NCBI GenBank assembly: GCA_035700625.1
Contig: DASSOM010000190.1
Span: 1-48,184, forward strand
Direction of reading: 5' to 3'
DNA: 48,184 nt
Origin: Vicinamibacterales bacterium
Lineage (GTDB): Bacteria; Acidobacteriota; Vicinamibacteria; Vicinamibacterales; 2-12-FULL-66-21
The notes beneath the pieces were generated by a model. It made no database searches. It was not told the origin of the DNA and was given only the letters and a program-made list of their open reading frames with translations. A program made the translations under genes and the position numbers. Shown one piece after another: positions 17,558-26,651 of this stretch (position 1 is its first letter; each line of letters starts with the position of its first letter).

Positions 17558-18928
17558 ATGGTGATTCCGGTTCTTTTGTCACTGCTGCTGACCGGCGCGC
17601 CGCAGCCGCCGCCGGCTCCGGCCGCCGCGGCGCCGCGGCTGACCGTCTCCTACACGCAATTCACCCTGCCGAACGGCCTGCACGTCATCCTGCACGAAGA
17701 TCACACGGTCCCGCTGGTCACGGTGAATGTCTGGTACCACGTGGGCTCCGCGCGCGAGAAGCCCGGCCGCACCGGGTTCGCACACCTGTTCGAGCATCTG
17801 ATGTTCGAAGGATCCGGTCACGTCAAGGAAGGCCAGTTCGACCAGTGGCTCGAAGCCGTCGGCGGCACGAATAACGCGTCGACCGGCGCCGACCGGACGA
17901 ACTACTACATCGACGTGCCGTCGAACGCGCTCGACCTGGCGTTGTTCCTCGAATCGGACCGCATGGGCTATCTGCTCGACGCGATGTCCCCCAAAACTGT
18001 CGACGGCCAGCGCGACGTCGTGAAGAACGAGCGGCGGCAGGGGGTCGAGAACGCCCCCTACGGCATGGCGTCGATCGAGATCGCGAAGATGCTCTACCCC
18101 GCCGAGCATCCGTATCACTGGCCCACGATCGGCTACATGGAGGATCTCACCGCCGCGAGTTACGAGGACGTCGTCGAATTCTTCAAGACGTACTACCAGC
18201 CGTCAAACGCGACGCTCGTGATCGCCGGCGATCTCGATCCGGCGCAGGCGCGCGCGAAGGTCGAGAAGTGGTTCGCCGACGTGAAGCCTGGCGCCGCGCC
18301 GGTGCGGCCGATCGACTATCCGCACGCGATGCTCACCGGTGTGAGCCGGAAGACGATCCAGGATCGCGTGCAGCTGCCGCGTCTGTATCTCGACTGGATC
18401 ACCCCTCGGCAGTACGCGCCCGGCGACGCCGAACTGGACGTCGTCGCGCGGCTGCTCGCCGACGGCAAGAACTCGCGGCTCTACAAACGGCTCGTGTACG
18501 AGCTGCAGATCGCGCAGGACGTCTTCGCGTACCAGGCCTCGCAGGCCCTCGACTCGCAGTTCGAGATCGTCGTCACCGCGAAGCCGCCGGCCGAAGGACA
18601 GACGGTCGCGTCGGTGGTCGATCGGATTCGCGGCATCGTGGACGAAGAAGTCCGGAAGCTGCAGCGGACGCCGCCTGACGCGCACGAGTTTCAACGCGCG
18701 ATCAATCAGATCGAGGCCTCCTTCTACGATCGCATGGAGCGCGTCGGCGGATTCGGAGGCGTCGGGGACCAGATGAACGCGTACTACGTCAACACCGGGA
18801 ACCCGGATTACTTCAACGAGGATCTCTCCCGCTACCGTTCGCTCGCGCCAGACGACGTGCAGGCGGCGGCCGCTGCGCTGCTTCCGCTCGATCGGCGCGT
18901 CGAGCTCGTCGTGGAGCCGGTGAAGTGA
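17558..18928 (+). CDS. M16 (pitrilysin/insulinase) family zinc peptidase, catalytic subunit
   Basis: Only the last 456 codons of track ORF 16367..18928 are real. The upstream part is antisense to the aminotransferase. The start is ATG 17558 (MVIPVLLSLLLTG). The inverted zinc motif HxxEH is present (GFAHLFEHLMFEG). Confidence 0.9.
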   Translation: MVIPVLLSLLLTGAPQPPPAPAAAAPRLTVSYTQFTLPNGLHVILHEDHTVPLVTVNVWYHVGSAREKPGRTGFAHLFEHLMFEGSGHVKEGQFDQWLEAVGGTNNASTGADRTNYYIDVPSNALDLALFLESDRMGYLLDAMSPKTVDGQRDVVKNERRQGVENAPYGMASIEIAKMLYPAEHPYHWPTIGYMEDLTAASYEDVVEFFKTYYQPSNATLVIAGDLDPAQARAKVEKWFADVKPGAAPVRPIDYPHAMLTGVSRKTIQDRVQLPRLYLDWITPRQYAPGDAELDVVARLLADGKNSRLYKRLVYELQIAQDVFAYQASQALDSQFEIVVTAKPPAEGQTVASVVDRIRGIVDEEVRKLQRTPPDAHEFQRAINQIEASFYDRMERVGGFGGVGDQMNAYYVNTGNPDYFNEDLSRYRSLAPDDVQAAAAALLPLDRRVELVVEPVK

Positions 18929-20376
18929 CGCGCGCGCACCTGTCGATCGTCACCGGTCTTCTCGTCGCGGCACTGTCGACACCTGCCGCCGCGCAACAGC
19001 CGCCGCAGGCGCCCGACCGGACGCATCCGCCCGCGGCCGGCCCGGCGCCAACGCTGCACGTGCCGCCGGTCGAGCGGCGCACGCTGTCCAACGGCTTGCC
19101 GGTGTGGATCGTCGAGTCGCATGACGTGCCGGTCGTGCAGGTCGAACTGGCGGTCCGCGCGGGCAGCGCGGCCGATCCGGCGCGGAAGTTCGGCCTCGCG
19201 AGCCTGACGGCCGACATGCTCGACGAAGGCGCGGGCACGCGGAGCGCGCTGGAGCTGGCGGACGCGGTCGACTTCCTGGGCGCGAGCCTGAATACCGACA
19301 GCAGCTTCGATGCGTCCACGGTCACGCTCCACGTGCCAGCCGCGCGGCTGGCTGACGCGCTGCCGTTGATGGCGGACGTCGTCCTCCATCCGACGTTTCC
19401 CGAGAAGGAACTGCAGCGCATCCGCGAGGAAGATCTCACGCAGCTGATTCAGGCGCAGGACGATCCCGAGGCGCTCGTGCGCATTGCGTTCCCCCGCCTG
19501 GTCTACGGAGCGGCGCACCGCTACGGCACGCCGTCGATCGGCACGGCCGCATCGCTGCACGGCTTCACGGTCGACGATTTGAAGCAGTTTCACGCGGCGA
19601 TGTACCGGCCGTCCAACGCCGTGCTGCTCGTCGTCGGCGACGTGACCGCCGCGACGGCGCTGCCGCTGGTCGAGCAGGCGTTCGGCGCATGGCCGAAGGC
19701 GTCCGCTCCCGAGCCCCCCGCGCTGCCGTCGGCGCCGCAGCTGCGTGAGCGCCACGTGTACCTGATCGATAAACCGGGCGCGGCGCAGTCGCAGATTCAG
19801 ATCGGCTGGATCGGCGTCCCGCGCTCGACGCCGGACTATTTCGCGCTGCGCGTGCTGAACACGATCCTCGGCGGCGCCTTCACGTCGCGGCTCAACACCA
19901 ACCTGCGCGAGGAGCACGGGTACTCGTACGGCGCCGGATCGGCGTTCGACATGCGCGTCGGCGCGGGTCCGTTCTACGCCGCGGCCGGCGTTCAGACCGA
20001 CAAGACCGCGGAAGCGCTGACCGAGTTCTTCAACGAGCTGCGGCGCATTCACGATCCGATCGGCGATGCCGAGCTGAAGAAGGCGAAGAACTACCTCGCG
20101 CTGCTGCTGCCGCGCAGCTTCGAGACGACGAGGAGCCTCGCCTCGTCGCTCGCGCAGATCTTCGTGTACGAACTGCCGGAAGACTTCTACGCCACCTACG
20201 CCGCGCGCGTCGAAGCCGTCACGTCCGCCGATTTGAAGCGCGCCGCCGACCAGTACATCCAGCCCGACAAGTTCGCCGTAGTCGTCGTCGGCGACCGTCA
20301 GAAGATCGAAGCCGGCATCAAGGCCCTGAACCTCGGCCCGGTCACGCTCGTGACACCGGATGAGGTGATGAAGTGA
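18925..20376 (+). CDS. M16 family peptidase-like protein, non-catalytic partner (lacks HxxEH)
   Basis: 483-aa ORF. Its GTG start overlaps the upstream stop (GTGA). It has a signal peptide and an M16 fold-like sequence, but LASLTADMLDEGAG replaces the HxxEH motif. Confidence 0.85.
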   Translation: MTRAHLSIVTGLLVAALSTPAAAQQPPQAPDRTHPPAAGPAPTLHVPPVERRTLSNGLPVWIVESHDVPVVQVELAVRAGSAADPARKFGLASLTADMLDEGAGTRSALELADAVDFLGASLNTDSSFDASTVTLHVPAARLADALPLMADVVLHPTFPEKELQRIREEDLTQLIQAQDDPEALVRIAFPRLVYGAAHRYGTPSIGTAASLHGFTVDDLKQFHAAMYRPSNAVLLVVGDVTAATALPLVEQAFGAWPKASAPEPPALPSAPQLRERHVYLIDKPGAAQSQIQIGWIGVPRSTPDYFALRVLNTILGGAFTSRLNTNLREEHGYSYGAGSAFDMRVGAGPFYAAAGVQTDKTAEALTEFFNELRRIHDPIGDAELKKAKNYLALLLPRSFETTRSLASSLAQIFVYELPEDFYATYAARVEAVTSADLKRAADQYIQPDKFAVVVVGDRQKIEAGIKALNLGPVTLVTPDEVMK

Positions 20377-20873
20377 GCTTGACGATTTCTTTTGACGAGC
20401 TGCTTCGGTACTCCAATGAGGAGCGCGAGAAATGGCGAGAGTGGTTCGTCGCACACCCGGACGCGATGGCGGCTCCGGTGCAGCCCGCCGACTCGCGCCA
20501 TCAAAGCGTCGGCGGGGTGATCGACCACATCTTCCTCGTCGAACGCCGACACCTGCAACGGCTCACGCACACCGCAGTCGACTCGCAGACCGGATTGAGC
20601 GGCCGCCACGCGCCGCCGCTGTTCGATTACGGTGCGTCTGTGCGCCGTGAGCTCGAGCAGTTCGCGTCCGATCTCGATCCGGACGTCGCCGACGAGCCGT
20701 TCTCGGTGACCGTTGCCAGCGGCGGCCAGTTCAACATCAGCCCGCGCAAGCTGCTCTTCCACTGTCTGCTGCACGAGGTGCGGCATTGGGCGCAGATCGC
20801 GCTCGCCGTGCGCCTCGCGGGGTTCGCGCCGCCGGGCAACCACGACCTCTTCTACAGCCGCGCGTTCCGCTGA
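20373..20873 (+). CDS. DinB-family (four-helix bundle, metal-binding) protein
   Basis: 166-aa ORF. Its start overlaps the upstream stop by 4 nt. DinB-like His positions are present (VIDHIFLVERRHL, LLHEVRHWAQIAL). Confidence 0.7.
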   Translation: MSLTISFDELLRYSNEEREKWREWFVAHPDAMAAPVQPADSRHQSVGGVIDHIFLVERRHLQRLTHTAVDSQTGLSGRHAPPLFDYGASVRRELEQFASDLDPDVADEPFSVTVASGGQFNISPRKLLFHCLLHEVRHWAQIALAVRLAGFAPPGNHDLFYSRAFR

Positions 20874-20879
20874 TCCCGC

Positions 20880-21060
20880 GCCAAGAGATCTCACGCCAAG
20901 CCGCCAAGGAGCCAAGGGATCTCACGCGCAAGGAGCCGCGGTGCGAAGGGATCTCACGCCAAGCCGCCAAGGAGCCAAGGGATCTCACGCGAAAGAGCCG
21001 CGGCGCGAAGGGATCTCACGCCAAGGCGCCAAGGAGCCAAGGGATCTCACGCGAAGGCAG
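20880..21060. repeat. Tandem array: core GATCTCACGC six times at 31-32-nt spacing, in two alternating 31-nt variants (about 62-nt super-unit, about 2.9 copies)
   Basis: Core occurrences are at 20887, 20918, 20950, 20981, 21012 and 21043. Variant A is AAGGGATCTCACGCCAAGCCGCCAAGGAGCC. Variant B is AAGGGATCTCACGCGAAAGAGCCGCGGCGCG. The array lies in the 240-nt gap between the DinB-family gene and the PadR gene. Confidence 0.9.
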
Positions 21061-21112
21061 GGAACCAAAGCTGGCCTTGTTTCGTCTAGGCCTAGAGTGA
21101 AATAGTGTGGTC

Positions 21113-21460
21113 ATGAAGATGGGCCGAAGGGACCTGTTTGCGGGGGCGCTCGAGATGATGATCCTGCAGGTGCTCGCGCGGCAGCCGCTGCACGGGTATG
21201 CGCTCGTGCAGCACATCCAGCGCGCGTCGCGCGACCTGCTGGCGGTCGAGGAAGGATCGCTCTACCCGGCGCTCCAGCGGCTGCTCAAAGCCGGATCCGT
21301 CAAAGCCCAGTGGCGGATGTCGTCGACCGGGCGCCGGGTCCGCACCTATGAGATCACGGCGGCGGGGCGCCGTCACCTCGGGCGCGAAGTGTCGCAGTTC
21401 GAGCGGATGCTCGAGGGCATTCGCCTCGTGCTCGGGCCGGTGGATCCGGCGACGGAATGA
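21113..21460 (+). CDS. PadR family transcriptional regulator
   Basis: The translation MKMGRRDLFAGALEMMILQVLARQPLHGYALVQHIQRASRDLLAVEEGSLYPALQRLLKAGSVKAQW is a canonical PadR winged helix. The track starts it at GTG 21107; ATG 21113 or 21119 is equally possible. Confidence 0.9.
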   Translation: MKMGRRDLFAGALEMMILQVLARQPLHGYALVQHIQRASRDLLAVEEGSLYPALQRLLKAGSVKAQWRMSSTGRRVRTYEITAAGRRHLGREVSQFERMLEGIRLVLGPVDPATE

Positions 21461-24129
21461 GCTGGTTCGGCCGGCGCGACGAGGATCTGGCGGAGGAAAT
21501 CAGCCAGCACCTCGACGAGGCGGTCGAAGACCTGGTCGAGCGGGGCGTCCCGCGGGACGAGGCGATGTCGATGGCGCGGCGGCAGTTCGGCAACGTGACG
21601 CTCATCGCCGAACGCAGCCGGGAGGTCTGGCGCTGGCGGCTCGTCGAGGAGACGTGGGCTGATCTGCGCTACGCGGCGCGGCAGCTGCGCCGCGCGCCGT
21701 CGTTCGCGGCCGCCGCGATCGCCACGCTCGCGATCGGGATCGGGGCCACCGCCGCGATCTTCAGCATCGCGGACGCGGCGCTCCTGAACCCGCTGCCTTT
21801 CCCCAACCCGGATCGTCTAGTGACGATCAACGAGATCGTGCCGCTCGTCGGCAATCGTCCCATCAGGCTGACCGCCCCGGATCTCCTCGATTACGCCGCG
21901 CAGAACCGCACGTTCGACGCCATCGCGGGCTGGACGCCGCGAACCTTCGAGCTCTCGGGCGTGCGTGAGTCGGAGCGCGTGCAGGCCGTCCGCGCGACCG
22001 CACCGTTTTTCGACGTCCTCGGCGTACACCCGTCGCGTGGACGCATCTTCACGAACGAAGAGGATGCCGGCAGCGCAGCCGTCTGCGTGATCAGCCACGG
22101 GCTGTGGCAGCGATGGTTCGGCGGCGACCCGCGCGTGCTCGATCGGACGATCGATCTCGATCGGATCCCGTACCGCGTGATCGGCGTCATGCCACGCGGG
22201 TTCGAATTTCCGCTGCGCGGAACCGACGCCCGCGACGCGACCGACGTGTGGGTGCCGATGTCGCTCACGCCGCGCGAACGCGACGCGCGCGGCGACAACT
22301 GGGACTACAACGGCATCGGACGCATGAAGCCGGGCGTCACCGTCGCGCAGGCGAGCGCCGACGTGAACGCCATCGCGCAGCACATCGTGAAGGACGTGCT
22401 GCCGGCGGACCGCCCCGCCTCCTTTACCTTCAGCGCGATCGCGCAACCCCTGGCGCCGCAGGTCTCCGGCAGTGTGCGGCCGCTGGTGCTCGCGCTGGCA
22501 GGGGCCGTCGCGTGCGTCCTCTTGATCGCCTGCGTGAACGTCGCGAATCTGCTGCTCGCGCGCGGCGCGCACCGGCGGCGGGAGATGGCGGTCCGCGCGG
22601 CGCTCGGCGCCGGACGCGCACGGATCCTGCGCCAGCTCATGGCGGAAACGCTCCTCTTCTCGGTCGTCGCGGCCGTGATTGGCGCGCTGCTGGCGTGGTG
22701 GAGCACGGCGGCGCTCGCGCGCATCGTCCCCGATCGCTTTGCCATCTTCGGCATCGCGCGCGTCAACTGGACCGTCCTGGCCTTCATCGCCGGCGTCGCG
22801 ATCGCCGCCGCCGTGCTCGCGGGGCTCGCGCCGGGGCTCACAGCCGGTTCGCGCGGCTTCGACGGCATGAACCAACGCGCCGGCTCCGGCGGTGCGGGGC
22901 ATCGCCGCCTTCGCGCGGTGCTCGTCGTCGCCGAGATGGCACTCGCGCTCGTGCTGCTCGTCGGCGCGGGACTGTTCGTCCGCACGTTCCAGACGCTGCT
23001 GCAGACGAACGCGGGCTTCCGCCCGGAAGGGGCGGTGAGCGCATTCATCAGCCTGCCCGAAACGGATTACACCGACGCGGCACGTGAGCGGCAGCTCTAT
23101 CGCAGCCTGATCGAGCGTCTTCACGCGCGGCCGGGCGTGGCGCAGGCGGGCATCGGCTCGACGCTTCCGCTCAACGGTCTGCGATCCGAGCGTACGTTCT
23201 GGCCCGAGCACTACGTGCCGCAGCCGAACGCCGGCTTCAACATCGCCGCGATGAGCGCCACGAGCCCCGAGTACTTGCAGGCGGTCGGCGCGACGCTGCT
23301 GCGCGGACGTCTGTTCACGCCGCAGGACGATGGCGTCGGCTCGCCGGTGGCAATCGTGACGGAATCACTCGCCCGGCAATACTGGCCGGACGCCGACGCC
23401 GTGGGCAAGCGGCTGAAGTGGGGCACCCGGGAATCGTCCAGGCCGTGGCTGACGATCGTGGGCGTGGTGGCCGATGTGAAGCAGGAGGCGCTCGACGAGC
23501 CCGGCGCACCGCAGGTTTACGTCCCCGCGGATCAGCTCGAACGCGCGGTCGGGCCTGACCTCGCCTCGGCCATCGTGTCGGGTCACCTCCGCTCCATGTA
23601 TGTCGTCGTGCGCGGCAGCGCACCCGAGGAGGCGCTCGCTGCCGCGCTCCGCGAGTCGGTGCAGGAGCTGGACGGCCGTCTGGCCGTCGCGAAGCTTGCG
23701 CCCCTGACGGACGCCGTCTCGACGTCCGCGGCGCCGCAGCGCTTCAACATGGCGCTGATGTCGGGGTTTGCCGCGATTGCGGTCCTGCTGGCCGCCGTCG
23801 GCTTGTACGGGCTGCTCGCCTACTCGGTCGCGCAGCGCACACGCGAGATCGGCATTCGAATGGCGATGGGCGCGGCCGCCGGCGCGGTGGTCCGCATGAT
23901 CCTGCGCGAGGGCCTCATGCTGGCTGCGATCGGCATCCTGCTGGGCGCGGGCGCGGCCGCCCTGCTCGCGCCGGCGCTGCGCAGCCTCCTCTTCGGCGTC
24001 GAGCCGCTCGACCCGCCGACGTTCCTGGCGGTCGCCGCACTCCTGCTCGTCGTCGCCGCCGTTGCCACGTGGGTCCCCGCCCGCCGCGCGACACTGGTGG
24101 ATCCGACCACCGCGCTGCGCGCGGAGTAA
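21457..24129 (+). CDS. Duplicated orphan FtsX/MacB-type ABC permease (ADOP family)
   Basis: 890-aa ORF overlapping the padR stop by 4 nt. The N-terminal helix (EEISQHLDEAVEDLVERG), then RYAARQLRRAPSFAAAAIATLAIGIGA, and two MacB-periplasmic/FtsX halves are the architecture I know as the acidobacterial duplicated orphan permease. That family is typically paired with PadR. Confidence 0.88.
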   Translation: MSWFGRRDEDLAEEISQHLDEAVEDLVERGVPRDEAMSMARRQFGNVTLIAERSREVWRWRLVEETWADLRYAARQLRRAPSFAAAAIATLAIGIGATAAIFSIADAALLNPLPFPNPDRLVTINEIVPLVGNRPIRLTAPDLLDYAAQNRTFDAIAGWTPRTFELSGVRESERVQAVRATAPFFDVLGVHPSRGRIFTNEEDAGSAAVCVISHGLWQRWFGGDPRVLDRTIDLDRIPYRVIGVMPRGFEFPLRGTDARDATDVWVPMSLTPRERDARGDNWDYNGIGRMKPGVTVAQASADVNAIAQHIVKDVLPADRPASFTFSAIAQPLAPQVSGSVRPLVLALAGAVACVLLIACVNVANLLLARGAHRRREMAVRAALGAGRARILRQLMAETLLFSVVAAVIGALLAWWSTAALARIVPDRFAIFGIARVNWTVLAFIAGVAIAAAVLAGLAPGLTAGSRGFDGMNQRAGSGGAGHRRLRAVLVVAEMALALVLLVGAGLFVRTFQTLLQTNAGFRPEGAVSAFISLPETDYTDAARERQLYRSLIERLHARPGVAQAGIGSTLPLNGLRSERTFWPEHYVPQPNAGFNIAAMSATSPEYLQAVGATLLRGRLFTPQDDGVGSPVAIVTESLARQYWPDADAVGKRLKWGTRESSRPWLTIVGVVADVKQEALDEPGAPQVYVPADQLERAVGPDLASAIVSGHLRSMYVVVRGSAPEEALAAALRESVQELDGRLAVAKLAPLTDAVSTSAAPQRFNMALMSGFAAIAVLLAAVGLYGLLAYSVAQRTREIGIRMAMGAAAGAVVRMILREGLMLAAIGILLGAGAAALLAPALRSLLFGVEPLDPPTFLAVAALLLVVAAVATWVPARRATLVDPTTALRAE

Positions 24130-24144
24130 ACCCTACGGGATCCG

Positions 24145-25629
24145 TTAGCGGCGCTCTTCGTAGAGGCGGCGTCCTGCGCGAACGATCATGTCGACGGCGG
24201 CTTCGATGTCCGCCGCGGTCGTGTGGAAGTTGACGATGCAGGCGCGCAGCACGTACCGGCCGCGGATTACGGCATTCGACACGAACACCTCCCCGCCGCG
24301 CTGGAGTCGATCGAGAAGTTCGCGATTGAGCGCGTCGAGCTCCCGTTCGACGCGCTCGGTGCCGATCCCCGGCCGGAGGTCGCGCGGCACGTAGCGGAAT
24401 GTCGTGATGCTCAGTGCCTGCGTGAACAGCTCGAGCTCCGGCGACTGGCTGACGAGTGCCGCCATTGCCCGCGAGAGCTGGATATCCTCCACGATCATGC
24501 GGCGGTATCCGTCCGCGCCGGCATGCTGCAGCGCGAGCCACACCTTGAGCGCGCGAAACCCGCGCGAGTTCTGCGGTCCGTAGTCGACGTAGTTCGTCGC
24601 GCGCTCTTCGAAGTGGTAGTACGGCGGGTGATATGCGAACGCGGCGCGGAGCGCGTCCGGATCGCGCACCAGCGCGCATCCCGCTTCGAGCGGGGCATAC
24701 AGCCATTTGTGCGGGTCGATCGCGACGGAATCCGCCGCGGAGAGCTCACGCAGATCGTCCGGCGAGTCGGACACCGCCGCGGCAAATCCGCCATACGCCC
24801 CGTCGACGTGAAACCACACGCCGTGCTCTTTGCACACCTGATGAATGTCGGGCAGCGGGTCGACCGCGCCGGTGCTCACGGAGCCACCGGTGCCGACGAC
24901 CATGAACGGGACGTCGCCGGCCGCCTTGTCGGCTTCGATCTGACGGCGCAGCGCGGCGACATTCATCCGGAGATCGCCGCCGGTCGGAATCCAGCGGATC
25001 GCACTCGTGCCGATGCCGCTGATGTCGGCGGCTTTGTGGATCCACGTATGCGTTTCCTCGGAGCCGTACACGCGCAGCGGGCGCGCACCCGCGAGGCCCT
25101 GTTCGCGGATGTCCCACCCGGCTTTCGCCGCGCGTGCCGCAAGGAAGCACACGATGTTGGCCATGTTGCCGCCGCTCACGAACAGGCCGCCGCAGTCGAC
25201 GGGATAGCCGATGAACTCGGCGATCCACCGTACGGTCTGCGATTCGATTTCCGTGGCGGCCGGCGACAGCATCCAGCCGCCGACGTTGGCGTTCACCGCC
25301 GATGCCACGAAGTCGCCCAGGATGCCGATCGGCGCGGGCGCGGCCGTGATGTACCCGAAAAATCGCGGGTGCCCGTTGAACAGGGAATGCTCGAACAGTC
25401 GCCGCGCGGCGTCGGTGAGCAGTGTGGCCGGATCGGCACCGCGTTGCGGCAGCGGCGCCAGCGTGTTCAGCGCCTGCCGCACGGCCGACGGCGATTCGTC
25501 GCGCGTGACGGGTCCGTGCGGCACCGCCTCGAGCGCGTCGGCGAGCTGATCGACGAGCCGATGCCCCGCGTCGCGGAAATCCGCCGCGCTCATCGCGAGC
25601 GGCGCCTGACGTTCCGTTCGAACGGTCAT
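24145..25629 (-). CDS. Group II PLP-dependent amino-acid decarboxylase (aromatic-L-amino-acid/Glu/Tyr decarboxylase family)
   Basis: 494-aa ORF with HPRFFGYITAAPAP, SGGNMANIVCFLAAR, FHVDGAYGG and AIDPHKWLYAPLEAG (the PLP-lysine motif). Confidence 0.88.
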   Translation of the reverse strand: MTVRTERQAPLAMSAADFRDAGHRLVDQLADALEAVPHGPVTRDESPSAVRQALNTLAPLPQRGADPATLLTDAARRLFEHSLFNGHPRFFGYITAAPAPIGILGDFVASAVNANVGGWMLSPAATEIESQTVRWIAEFIGYPVDCGGLFVSGGNMANIVCFLAARAAKAGWDIREQGLAGARPLRVYGSEETHTWIHKAADISGIGTSAIRWIPTGGDLRMNVAALRRQIEADKAAGDVPFMVVGTGGSVSTGAVDPLPDIHQVCKEHGVWFHVDGAYGGFAAAVSDSPDDLRELSAADSVAIDPHKWLYAPLEAGCALVRDPDALRAAFAYHPPYYHFEERATNYVDYGPQNSRGFRALKVWLALQHAGADGYRRMIVEDIQLSRAMAALVSQSPELELFTQALSITTFRYVPRDLRPGIGTERVERELDALNRELLDRLQRGGEVFVSNAVIRGRYVLRACIVNFHTTAADIEAAVDMIVRAGRRLYEERR

Positions 25630-25676
25630 CGATCGAGTCCCTCAAAAAGGTCCACGGCGCCCTCCTCTTCACGGCG

Positions 25677-26519
25677 TCACTTCGTGACGACTGCCTCGAG
25701 ATACTCGCCGGGCACCAGCAGCCCGACGCCTTCGCCCGCATCATAAGATCGAAGGAGCGAAATCAGATCGGCTTCGAGGCGCGCCTGCGCTTCTGCGTCG
25801 ATCGCGTTGAACGCCATGTGCGTCGGACCGTAGAAGTTCCGGAACATGTCCACCCAGTGCTCGGCGGACTTGTAGCGGAACATGAAGAACCGCGGCTGGA
25901 CCGCGAGGTGCGCGGCGCGCGGGAACAGCCGGCGCAGGTAGTCCTCGGTCCCCCACAGCGTCGACGGCTGAACGCCCGCCGGCGGCGGCGTGTACCTGGT
26001 GACCGCCTTCAGCAGTTCGCCTACAAACCCCGTCGGCGTCCAGCAGGCCAGGCCGATTCGCCCTCCCGGCTTGCAGACGCGCGTCATCTCGGAAGCGGCA
26101 CGCGCGTGGTCCGGCGCGAACATGACGCCGAACGTCGACAGCACGACGTCAAAGCTGTTGTCAGCATACGGCAGCGCCTCGACGTCGGCGATTTCGAAGC
26201 GGATGTTGCCGAACCCGTCCGCCTCCGCCCGCTGGCGCCCGCGAGCGAGCAGCGCGGGCACGTAGTCGGTGGACGTGACGTCGGCGAAGCGCCGCGCGGC
26301 CGCGAGCGTGGCGTTGCCGTTTCCCGCCGCGACGTCGAGCACGCTGTGCACTGAACGGATGTCCGCCGCTTCGGCCAGCTGCTCGCCGACGATCTGAAGC
26401 GTCGCGCCGATGACCGCGTAATCCCCGGATGCCCAGGTCGCCTGCTGCCGCGCCTTGATGGCGCGAAGGCGGTCGGCCGGAACGGCGGTTTCACATGACG
26501 TGGACGTGACTTCTACCAT
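25677..26519 (-). CDS. Class I SAM-dependent methyltransferase
   Basis: 280-aa ORF. SAM motif I is VLDVAAGNGNATL. The acidic post-I residue (TSTDY) and motif II (FDVVLSTFGVMF) are present. Confidence 0.85.
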   Translation of the reverse strand: MVEVTSTSCETAVPADRLRAIKARQQATWASGDYAVIGATLQIVGEQLAEAADIRSVHSVLDVAAGNGNATLAAARRFADVTSTDYVPALLARGRQRAEADGFGNIRFEIADVEALPYADNSFDVVLSTFGVMFAPDHARAASEMTRVCKPGGRIGLACWTPTGFVGELLKAVTRYTPPPAGVQPSTLWGTEDYLRRLFPRAAHLAVQPRFFMFRYKSAEHWVDMFRNFYGPTHMAFNAIDAEAQARLEADLISLLRSYDAGEGVGLLVPGEYLEAVVTK

Positions 26520-26651
26520 GGGTCCTCCTTGTCCAGAGCTGCACTGGCAGTTCCGCGAGCGCCGCGCGACATGCGCGACTTCTTCACGTTACGTGGGGTA
26601 TCGTGGGTGCAGGAATGCGCGAGCGTCCGGTTTGCGTTGCGGATCGTCCGA

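Noticed and set aside
20880-21060. Could the regularly spaced repeat array be a CRISPR array?
   Set aside because: The invariant core is only about 14 nt. The 17-nt segments between cores are themselves repeated in two alternating variants rather than being unique spacers. The total period is 31 nt, and no cas genes are nearby.
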